DNA of 63,971 nucleotides from assembly GCF_001194135.2 (NCBI RefSeq), contig NC_068993.1, positions 14,042,288-14,106,258 of the forward strand, read 5' to 3'. A program made the translations under genes and the position numbers. Each line of letters opens with the position of its first letter. Positions within the stretch are counted from its first letter, which is position 1. The notes beneath the pieces are model-generated. The model ran no database searches. It worked only from the letters and a program-made list of their open reading frames with translations, and was not told the DNA's origin. Positions 53,962-63,971 of the stretch are shown here, in pieces. The DNA is from Octopus bimaculoides. Lineage: Eukaryota.

Positions 53962-54110
53962 GGCGCAGGTGTGGCTGCATGGTAATAAGTTTGCTTCCCA
54001 ACCACATGACTGCAGTTTCAGTTCCACTTTTACTATAGCTTCTGGCTAACCAAAGACTTGTGTGTGGATTTGGTCCACGGAAACTGAAAAAAAAACCCGT
54101 AGTGTATATA
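53962..54110 (+). mobile_element. SINE family C, 5' half
   Basis: GGCGCAGGTGTGGCTGCATGGTAATAAGTTTGCTTCCCAACCACATG…GGAAACTGAAAAAAAAACCCGTAG. Confidence 0.85.
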
Positions 54111-54135
54111 TATATATATATAAAGCAGTTGTATA

Positions 54136-54311
54136 CTGTCAACTTAACGTGACAGTCCCAATAAGGGAATATACTACTGCTATTTAGCCCTAGGAAGCTG
54201 GACCGCTTCTTGTCGGCCTTGACACATTTCCTGTGTCCTTATGCTTGTGAGGGGGAGACAAACTCCTCCACCCAGCTCAGCCTTATTGGGACTGTCACGT
54301 TAAGTTGACAG
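54136..54311. mobile_element. 176-bp MITE-like element with perfect 31-bp terminal inverted repeats
   Basis: 54136-54166 CTGTCAACTTAACGTGACAGTCCCAATAAGG is the exact reverse complement of 54281-54311. Confidence 0.85.
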
Positions 54312-55572
54312 CATAAGTCTTCGATATACAAGCTCACCACCGGTATCAATTTCTCATTTCAATATACATATAATTTGTGTCTGAGACAATATAATTATCC
54401 TTTTTACAGACTATGAAAGAAATGCAACTTGCAAATGAAGTAGGATAAACAATGGCTCAAAAACAGGTCAAAATTCTGTTCAGACCTTTTAAGAAAACCT
54501 TAAATTCTGAACCAATTTGAAGTGACTTCAAACATTTCATAAATATTTAAGTAGCATCTGTATTATAGCGATACGAAATCTCTGAATTAATCGGGATATG
54601 AGGTGGGAACTCTATTCCTGCTTCATTCAAATCAGTATATTTTAAAGAATGCATGTGTGGATTCCCTGAATGAAAAGAGTGACTATAAACAAATAAATAC
54701 TTTCAGCAAATTTATTGAATACAATATCAATTCTTAACTACTCCATAAAATGTTATTATAGTAAATGATATAAACATCAAATGAATGTCTGCTTCAATTT
54801 AAATAGTTTTATTTTTCAAAGTGAGACTTCCACTCCAATTAAATACAGCGTTCTATTGTTTATGTTACAGTATGAAATTCCTGAGATGACTAAATATAAA
54901 TTAGCACTATTTTTTTCTTAAAATATTCCAATCGGCTTGCGCAAAATGGGCATAAGTATATCACTTTTTCATCTGAGATGATATGGAATTTCTTGTTTGA
55001 ACTGACTAGGGAAATCTTACTGCTGGTGCGATTGAAATTTCAATGTCAATTACAAAAGTAGTAATAATAATAAATTATTATNNNNNNNNNNNNNNNNNNN
55101 NNNNNNNNNNNNNNNNNNNNNNNNNNNNNNNNNNNNNNNNNNNNNNNNNNNNNNNNNNNNNNNNNNNNNNNNNNNNNNNNNNNNNNNNNNNNNNNNNNNN
55201 NNNNNNNNNNNNNNNNNNNNNNNNNNNNNNNNNNNNNNNNNNNNNNNNNNNNNNNNNNNNNNNNNNNNNNNNNNNNNNNNNNNNNNNNNNNNNNNNNNNN
55301 NNNNNNNNNNNNNNNNNNNNNNNNNNNNNNNNNNNNNNNNNNNNNNNNNNNNNNNNNNNNNNNNNNNNNNNNNNNNNNNNNNNNNNNNNNNNNNNNNNNN
55401 NNNNNNNNNNNNNNNNNNNNNNNNNNNNNNNNNNNNNNNNNNNNNNNNNNNNNNNNNNNNNNNNNNNNNNNNNNNNNNNNNNNNNNNNNNNNNNNNNNNN
55501 NNNNNNNNNNNNNNNNNNNNNNNNNNNNNNNNNNNNNNNNNNTATATATATATATATATTTATATATGTATG

Positions 55573-55615
<43 letters not shown>

Positions 55616-56004
55616 GTGCGCATATGCATGAGTGCACGTGTACGTACGCACATGCGCTTATGTGTATGAGTGTGGGAGTAGATGTGCGGGCGTGTGTCTG
55701 TGAGAGTGATTGTGTGTGTGTATGGTTGTGGATATATATTCACTTTCACATACAGTCAGTCACACGCAAACAGACACGCATATGTCAGTAGCGACACCTG
55801 CTGCATATGACATCACGTGCCATGTTAAAAATCAAAGTCATATAATTGACGTAGATTACATACATCATGCATGTAACCTACTTCCCGGATTCGCTTATAT
55901 AAATGGAAAATGCATATCAAATTCTGATTTGTTATTTGCAGTCATTTATATAGGAAGCTTATAGAATGTGCTTTGCATTCATACAGGAAACGTGTGTGTG
56001 TATC

Positions 56005-56130
56005 TTCTTCTTCTTCTTCTTCTTCTTCTTCTTCTTCTTCTTCTTCTTCTTCTTCTTCTTCTTCTTCTTCTTCTTCTTCTTCTTCTTCTTCTTCTTCTTC
56101 TTCTTCTTCTTCTTCTTCTTCTTCTTCTTC
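56005..56130 (+). repeat. (TTC)42 perfect trinucleotide repeat
   Basis: Direct reading. Confidence 0.95.
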
Positions 56131-56180
56131 AGAACAGCAACAACAACAGCAATAATAATTACAACAACGACAACAACAAC

Positions 56181-56213
<33 letters not shown>

Positions 56214-56223
56214 AAAGATAAGA

Positions 56224-56425
56224 CAAGCTGGCAGAAATGTTAGCACGCTGGACGAAATGCTTCGCGATATTTTGTTCGTCGCTAGTTTCTGAGTTCAAAT
56301 TCCGCCGAGGTCGACTTTGCCTTTTATCATTTGTGTATCAATGAATTAAGTACCAGTGAAACACTGGGATCAATGTAATGAATTGGTCCCCTCACCCAAA
56401 TTTCAGGCCTTGCGCTTTCAGTAGA
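56224..56425 (+). mobile_element. SINE family A
   Basis: AGCTGGCAGAAATGTTAGCACGC…GAGTTCAAATTCCGCCGAGGTCGACTTTGCC. Preceded by (AAT)n. Confidence 0.85.
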
Positions 56426-56470
56426 TTGCTGTTCACTGTTATTATTATTATTATTATTAGTAGTAGTAGT

Positions 56471-56792
56471 GTGAAGGCGCTTGGCTCAGTGGTTAGAACG
56501 TCGAGCTCACGATCATGAGGTAATGACTTCGATTCCCGGACTGGGCTGAGCAAGATAATTTATTTCACGTTGTTCCATTTCACTCAGCTGCAGAAATGAA
56601 TTGCGACGTCGGTGGTGCCAAGTTGTATCGGCCTTTGACCTTCCCGTGGATATCATTGGCGGCGTGGAGAGGGGAGGCGGGTATGTATGAGCAACTTCTG
56701 GTCTTACATAAACAACTTTGGCCGGACCTTTACCTCGCAGAGTAACTTTGTAGGTGCAATCGCACGGTCATTCATGACCAAAGTGGATATTT
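56471..56792 (+). mobile_element. tRNA-derived SINE with CORE-like segment, flanked by (AGT)n
   Basis: tRNA-like head TGGCTCAGTGGTTAGA…TTCGATTCCC, a CORE-like TTCCATTTCACTCAGCTG segment, and a TTTACCCTTTACC tail. Confidence 0.7.
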
Positions 56793-56802
56793 ACCCTTTA
56801 CC

Positions 56803-56856
<54 letters not shown>

Positions 56857-58598
56857 TGGTGTTGTTGTTGTTGTGTTGCTGTTGATGTCGTTGTAGCAGC
56901 AGCCACAGCAGTAACAACGGCAACCTGAGCAGCAATGGTGTTTGGATTTTGACGTTGCAATTAATTATTTGTGCGAGAAGCATTAGATATAACAGTATGT
57001 CTGGTGTTAATGATATGAAAATTGCTATCGTTACTTCTGTTGATTCGTATTGCTGTTGGTATTTGTGAAATGTGTATCCTGAAGGATTTGATATTAACTG
57101 AAGCAATCATAATGGGAACGTAGTTGACGTTAATTTCATCGTTGATTCAAGCTTCTTAGGTAATAACACCGTTGCTCAAAAGACTAATATCGATAGCAAT
57201 AATGGTGAGAATCCAAATTTCCAATCACTGATAAGGACTGAAATATATCGATTTCAAGTACCTCAGTAATCCTTCTGCAGAGCGCTGAACAATACAGCGA
57301 GTTAAAATGGGGAAAAGAAATAAAGGAAATAACAACGATTTCTTTGAATGTGAAAAAAAATCTCACGAAATTCAATCTTCTTCCCACCACTGCAATGAAT
57401 TCGTGACAAAAGCACTCAAATTACAAACAACCCAGTTTGCACCAATAGTCGAGCCTCAACATAGTCGTCTTTTTTGCTAGACATAGGAGTCAAATTTTAT
57501 TTAAATATTGAAATACGTTCTTGCAAACAGGTGATTCAAATAGTACCTTCGATATACCTTATCCGTGTTTCAGACACTGGACTGCGGCCATGCTGGGACA
57601 CCATTATGTGGGGTTTAGTAGTATAAATATACTAGGAACAACATAACTGACAGAAGAATACGTGAGTTTGCTCAAGAATACGGGATTTTCTTCATAATGT
57701 TTTCTTCACATCAAAAGCTCACCTTCTTCTTGATATATGAAAACGTTTACACAAGAATGTAATAATCCAAATACTTTCGAGAGGCATATGTTCTATCAAG
57801 AAATTCAATATCAACGTGTTCTGATTAGAAGTTTTAAAAATACTCAAGTTCACATGTGTTTAGAAATATGGATTGTGTTTTTCATATCGTTTTGAAGATG
57901 GATTGAATATGGATTTTTATCATCAGCACTTTCAGAACATCACGGCTTTCCGCTGCTCTATAGGATTAGCTTCTAGTGAGAGTAAGGATGTCTTATCGTG
58001 TCCACTTTACTAAACAACTGCAGTCATTATTCACAATCTTTTCGGTGCATATTGTCACACTGAGATTATTGGATAACAGCATACGATTAGCATGAAAAAT
58101 GGTGGATGTTGCTTTTGTTATTTTAACCTTTTCTTTTCCTCGTGCTTCTATGAGAGGTAGAAACCATATGTGATCATGTGTTTTTGAGGTCTGAGTGTAA
58201 ATGCTAGCTGATTTTATTTGGTTCTCATTTCTGCGGGTGTAGTATACACACAGAAGATGCTTTAACACAGAATATGCTTTCCCTTAAATACACTCTCCTT
58301 ATATCCTTGTTTGATTTTGCTATTTAAATTATAATTTCTCTAAGTGAGTGATAAATATGTCCTTTAATAGGTCACTCTAAGGTTCTATGATAAAATTGAA
58401 ACAACTGCTAACGTGTCAAACATTTTTATATTTAAACTCAATTCATTCGACAGTCATCCAGACTGAAATAATATCTTCATTAAGACTGAAAATAATATAT
58501 AAAGTTGGCAATAATATCTCAAATGTGCCAACATTTCACAAGAAGGGCATTTTCTTCCGAATGCTCATTAAATTATCGCTTTGACTTAAGTTCGCTGT

Positions 58599-58645
<47 letters not shown>

Positions 58646-59350
58646 GCACAAGCGGAATTGTGTCGTAAAAAGCTTGCTTACAGGGTTCAGTGCCACTGAA
58701 TAACACCTTGGACAAGTGTGTTCTAATATAGATTAAGAACGTCCAAAGCTTTGTGAATGAATATGCGTATGTGTTTACAAATGCTATATTATTTATTTCA
58801 TCACGTAAACGTATACGTACATTTTTACATCAATATATATGCTCAGCATTTTATAGTTTTAAATTTTCAAATTAATGACAATATAAAAATATAAATTTTG
58901 TGAAACTGTCTTGTAATGTTTTAGCATTTGTAACACGAATTCCCGGTATGAATGCACTCAAATCAATTATGCCTATGCACTCGTAAAAAATAAGCATAAA
59001 ACAGAACTTACTATCCTTCAATTAAGTAAAATAACAGGAAAAAATACAACATAAGTAGATATAAAGAAAATATTAGGAAACTTATAAAAGAATAATTCGG
59101 GGATAAGGAAACAAAAGACAAGAAAATTCTATAAATGATGAGTAGGCTGTTCAACTGTGGCTAAGGATTCGAAAAGCATTTATGCATGAGTGCTTCAAGC
59201 TAGGGATTTACAAGTGGACTTAAGAAGTATGTTTTTCAATTATCAATCTTTATTGAAAATCAGTCTTTGATTACCTTTGTTCATAAAAAATGCTACTACG
59301 ATCTCACACATGCACGAATACACACATTTAATATTCCAAGCCATATAGCA

Positions 59351-59441
59351 TATGCCATGTACGATGTACATACATACATATTCTGCCATGTACAATGTAC
59401 ATACATACATATTATGCCATGTACAATGTACATACATATAC
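59351..59441 (+). repeat. 31-bp minisatellite x~3 containing the ATGTACA-A-TGTACAT palindrome
   Basis: TGCCATGTAC starts at 59353, 59384 and 59415. Confidence 0.9.
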
Positions 59442-60491
59442 AAACACATATGTATAAACGCACACGTGTGAGCTATAGGTAGCAATTCCGCAACACAAAA
59501 TGGAATGATACACTTCACCGAGAGACAAAGTTTACAACTTCTGAAATCATCCCGATTGTAATTTGTTTTCTATCAATGATATATGGCTCATAAGTTTGTT
59601 AAAATTCTCCTTTTTTAATGTTCATACATCTTTAAATAATTTCTGACGTCTAAATATATACATACACATGTGGTTGGATAAACTAAAGGGTGTTATAATT
59701 ACTTGAAGAAATATTTTGGTGCTTCTACTTGAAATCTATCTATTGCTATTCATCTTATGTTTTGAAACCTCTAGTACGATCTAGTGGGCACCATTTCCTT
59801 TGAAAATACTTCCAGAAAACGCAAACGTGGATTGTCCCCTTGTTTTATGTTTACAACTCGCTAATTGGTAGAAACATTGTTATTTTCAGTCGTAAACACA
59901 GCACCAGATGGTCGCCCACTTCAAAATCTCACAAGGATCTAATCAAACAAAATAATGCCCGTTAAAGCGTTACTGCCGTTTCAAAGTGTTAAAGAACGTA
60001 TATACTACATATTAGTAAACTATTATTGATACGGTAGAAACATATTTTGCAACATTTGTTTCTGTATTGTTGCTATTACGAATATAAGTGATGTTCTGTA
60101 AGTAACGACTATCTAAGAACTAGGAGCTAATTTGATGTTTCATTATTATAATGAGCTGCCTGATTACTCTTATTTCCTGCCTCGGGAGAAATTGTATAGG
60201 TGCTAAAAATTGTTTTTATTCTATTTATGATCGTTTTCTATAAGAGCAATTCTTAGCAGTATATAAATCGAATGTTATTCCTAACGCTTTAAAAATATTA
60301 CCTTTATTAGAATAGACGAATATTACAATTTAACAATATTCATTTCGAAATTCAGTTCCGTTTGTAAGAGACCATATTTCTTGGCAACTACGCTTGACAC
60401 ACAAATATAGCAAAATAGCTAATACTTGTGACGTGTAGCGATAATACTAATATATGAAACATTATTAGAAACATAACTTCTATATTTCTAG

Positions 60492-60604
60492 GAACATTAG
60501 CTGCTTTAAAGGCGGTTGAACTCCTACTAGATATATTTACGAAGGAACTAATGTCTATATTACAGAAATTGATGAAACGTAGAGCTTCACGCCGCAAAAG
60601 ATGA
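60492..60604 (+). CDS. Candidate terminal coding exon of an unidentified gene: (G/R)TLAALKAVELLLDIFTKELMSILQKLMKRRASRRKR*
   Basis: Pyrimidine-rich acceptor CATAACTTCTATATTTCTAG|G. 36 open codons after a phase-1 start, giving an amphipathic helix-like peptide with a basic tail. No recognised homology. Confidence 0.35.
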
Positions 60605-61152
60605 AAAGTATTATGTTAACTGTTAAGAAAGAAAGAATCTATTTGTTTCTTCTAACTATTATATATATATCACTACATACATTGCATTTGCATTTGGGAA
60701 ATTAATTGTACGCTTCACTTAACGATATCGAATCAAGATCGTCATCCATATTATAATATTAACAATAATATTTACTTCTAAGTTAATAGAATGACATACA
60801 TTTAGAGATATCTTGGCTTAGTAGATGTGTCTGATATTTTAGAGGGGAGAATGGTATTTGATGATTTCGATATTGCATGTACTATTTTTTTTTTTTTACT
60901 TAGCGCTTAAGTGACAGTGTATTTCACAAGTACAAGAGCAGTGAAAGTAATTATGAAAGGAAATCACCACAACTAAGTGAAACAAGGCTGGGTAAATTCC
61001 ATCAATCTGGCTTGTGCGGTGTTTCCCTCTACCGAGTGCCATTGAGAATGTATTAGTCAACCAAGGAAATCAATTTATGCGAAATGGACGTAAACATTTA
61101 AGGTTCCTTAATTATAAGTCACATACACACACACATATATACACACGCACAA

Positions 61153-61195
<43 letters not shown>

Positions 61196-61254
61196 GCGAG
61201 AGACAGATATATGTATATACATATATATATATATAAAGAGAGAGAGAGAGAAAG

Positions 61255-61311
<57 letters not shown>

Positions 61312-61391
61312 TATAGATAGATAGATAGATAGGTAGGTAGGTAGATGGATGGATGGATCGATCGATGGGTGAATGGATGGATCGATGGGTA

Positions 61392-61550
61392 TAGTTCAAA
61401 TGTATAAGCAAGAAAGAGACGAAGACAGGTGAAGGAAGAAGCTGATGTATTAGTTTAATACTTGGGAAGAAAAGAAAAGTCTTTGAGGTTTCGACCTTAC
61501 GCTCCTCGACAGAAAGGATTGAGAGGGAAAGAATGGAGAGAGAAAAGAAT
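61392..61550 (-). mobile_element. Hammerhead-bearing repeat, copy H6 (decayed)
   Basis: Minus strand reads CTTT-CTGTCGA-G-GAGC-GTAA-GGTC-GAAACCTC-AAAG. Ends next to a (GATA/GATG)n tract. Confidence 0.6.
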
Positions 61551-61689
61551 GTGTATGGACTAACGGTTCAACAAGATGTAATGATTATTGTTAATCACTA
61601 CATTTCTATCTAGTCTTCTTCGTTTCAGTCAACACAGTAGAAACAAGCATGTGAAGAGTGTGTTGGTGTCTGTATGTATGTATGTTATC

Positions 61690-62208
61690 AATCAGTTTCA
61701 TTTCTGTATTTCTTGTCCATAGAGAAAGAGCCGGACTCTAACATAGATTCAAGGCTCCCTCATTGGAACTTTTATCAACATGATCTCGGTATTTGTGCAT
61801 ATGTGTGTGTGTGTGCAGTATTTGGTGTTAGTGTATGCGCAGATGTGTATGTTTGTTTTATGGATGCGTTTTTATGCATATATTTTCATGTCTAGATGCA
61901 TGCATATGTATTTATGTGCTAAATTTTTGGAAAGTTTTACATATCTTTGCAGTACCATTGATGGCTTGAATCTGTAGTCTTCTAATCAGCCTTTTTCTCT
62001 TCAGGTTTTGAGAACCCTAATTTTTCCAGGTTTTTGTTGAGGCTGTTCGTTATATATCCCAATGCCCCAACAATCACGGGTATGAATCTGAACTTGTAGT
62101 CTGGGTGGCGTATGTGCAAATTTCTCAGTAGCTCGGCGTAGTTGTTCTCTTTTTCTCTAATCTTTAGCGTGATGTTGACATCCGCAGGACAGCTAATTTC
62201 TACTACTA
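61690..62208 (-). mobile_element. R4/Dong-type RLE non-LTR retrotransposon, 5'-truncated 3' end
   Basis: VVEISCPADVNITLKIREKENNYAELLRNL…FIPVIVGALGYITNSL..NLEKLGFS. After one frameshift it reads KRLIRRLQIQAINGTAKICKTFQKFST* (stop 61912-61914), followed by a probable 3' UTR. The 5' break abuts (TA)n. Confidence 0.85.
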
Positions 62209-62420
62209 TATATATATATAAATGCATACGTAGACCTACCCTTCACATATTTCTTTCTTTCGCGTTGAATGGAAAGAAAAAACACTCGATAGAATAGTAT
62301 ACATTAATAGTATCATCATTCTGGTCACGGCTGCATGAAGTTTCACCTGTGGATGCACAGGCAAAATTCAAGACACTAATTCAACCATAATAATGACAAT
62401 GGTAATAATAATAATAATAA

Positions 62421-62804
62421 TTGTTGTCGGCACTCCGTCGCTTACGACGTCGAGGGTTCCAGTTGATCCGATCAACGGAACAGCCTACTGGTGAAATTAA
62501 TGCGCAAGTGGTTGAGCACTCCACAGACACGTGTACCCTTAACGTAGTTCTCGGGGATATTCAGCGTGACACAGTGTAACAAGGCTGACCCTTTGAATTA
62601 CAGGCACACCAGAAACAGGAAGTAAGAGTGAGAGAAAGTTGTGGTGAAAGAGTACAGCAGGTTTCATCACTATCCCCTGCCGGAGCCTCATGGAACTTTA
62701 GGTGTTTTCGCTCAATAAACACTCACAACGCCCGGTCTGGGAATCGAAAGCGCGATCCTATGACCGCGATTCCGCTGCCTTAACCACTGGGCCATTGCGC
62801 CTCC
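62421..62804 (-). mobile_element. tRNA-derived SINE, OR1/OR2-like head with tail type 2, apparently full length, flanked by (AAT)n
   Basis: Head homologous to 44241-44434, then a different ~190-bp 3' region. (AAT)n lies on both sides. Confidence 0.85.
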
Positions 62805-62871
<67 letters not shown>

Positions 62872-62899
62872 GTATATGCATGATATGTTTGTATGTGAG

Positions 62900-62939
<40 letters not shown>

Positions 62940-63149
62940 NNNNNNNNNNNNNNNNNNNNNNNNNNNNNNNNNNNNNNNNNNNNNNNNNNNNNNNNNNNNN
63001 NNNNNNNNNNNNNNNNNNNNNNNNNNNNNNNNNNNNNNNNNNNNNNNNNNNNNNNNNNNNNNNNNNNNNNNNNNNNNNNNNNNNNNNNNNNNNNNNNNNN
63101 NNNNNNNNNNNNNNNNNNNNNNNNNNNNNNNNNNNNNNNNNNNNNNNNN

Positions 63150-63204
<55 letters not shown>

Positions 63205-63938
63205 CATGCATACATGTATACATATACATAGATTCACGCGCACATAGACACATAACCAATAAAATAATTCAGAGATACAGACTCACATCTGTACATCATA
63301 TCGCTGTAAGCATATAAGTTTGTATATGAATAACTGCGCGCTTACATATCAGTTTGTACATGTGTATGATAAAAAAAATAAAGCATTCATAATATCCTGT
63401 GCATAGATGTTTATATATACGAAAGAAAATTAAAAGTGTTAAAATTTTCAACTTGACAGAATACATTTGTAAGTGTAAATTTAGTAGAATGTAGTCCAAT
63501 TTCGCACATCAGAGAGAGACACACAAATTATTGCGACAAACGAAAAATATTTTTAAAGATAACGAATGGAAGGAAATATAGCTTCTATCAAACTTAATGT
63601 TAACCGCAGTTTTAGTGACGCCAAAAAAAAAACAGAGAAATGAAATATATACAAGTAAATACACTGTATATCTGTTTAAAGATATATGCAAATAAGCGAT
63701 ATTATACGTGTGTATGTTTGTGCTTGCAAATGCGCATACGTATATGTGTGTGTGTGTATGTGTGTGTGTGTGTGTGTGTATACGTACGTATATGTACTGC
63801 GTATGTATAAGCAGATGGGTATGTACACACGCATATGTGTGCATATGCATACATATTTATGTATATATATATAAATATATATATATACATATGTATATGT
63901 ACATCGCCATATGCTTATATATACATATATACATATAC

Positions 63939-63971
<33 letters not shown>

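Noticed and set aside
55959-56292. Poly-K/F/L/S ORFs in several frames
   Set aside because: All are readings of (TTC)42.
62734-62804. tRNA gene
   Set aside because: Box A/B-containing heads here, at 44241 and at 56471 continue into SINE bodies and lack a proper acceptor stem or cloverleaf.

Overview
AT-rich, microsatellite-dense animal genomic DNA from a short-read scaffold, with 17 N-gaps totalling about 5.1 kb (8%), nearly all abutting (TA)n or other simple repeats. The SINE families present point to an octopus (coleoid cephalopod); this is recognition from memory, not a database result. I cannot identify any intact or nameable protein-coding gene. Long entries in the ORF track are gap-spanning or microsatellite artefacts, and the only recognisable protein homology comes from decayed transposons: two R4/Dong-type restriction-like-endonuclease LINE fragments, a CR1/L2-type LINE 3' end, several mariner remnants and a hAT C-terminus. 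About 25 tRNA-derived SINE copies from at least four families are present. The window looks intronic or intergenic, with a few low-confidence exon candidates. The most interesting signal is a ~150-bp dispersed repeat (6 copies) carrying a minimal, core-variant type I hammerhead-ribozyme-like motif of the Penelope/retrozyme kind, always anchored at a microsatellite. There are also several long inverted repeats that could form dsRNA: 254-bp arms at 4-5.3 kb, nested inverted SINEs at 42-46 kb, a perfect 31-bp-TIR MITE, and a 120-nt hairpin.
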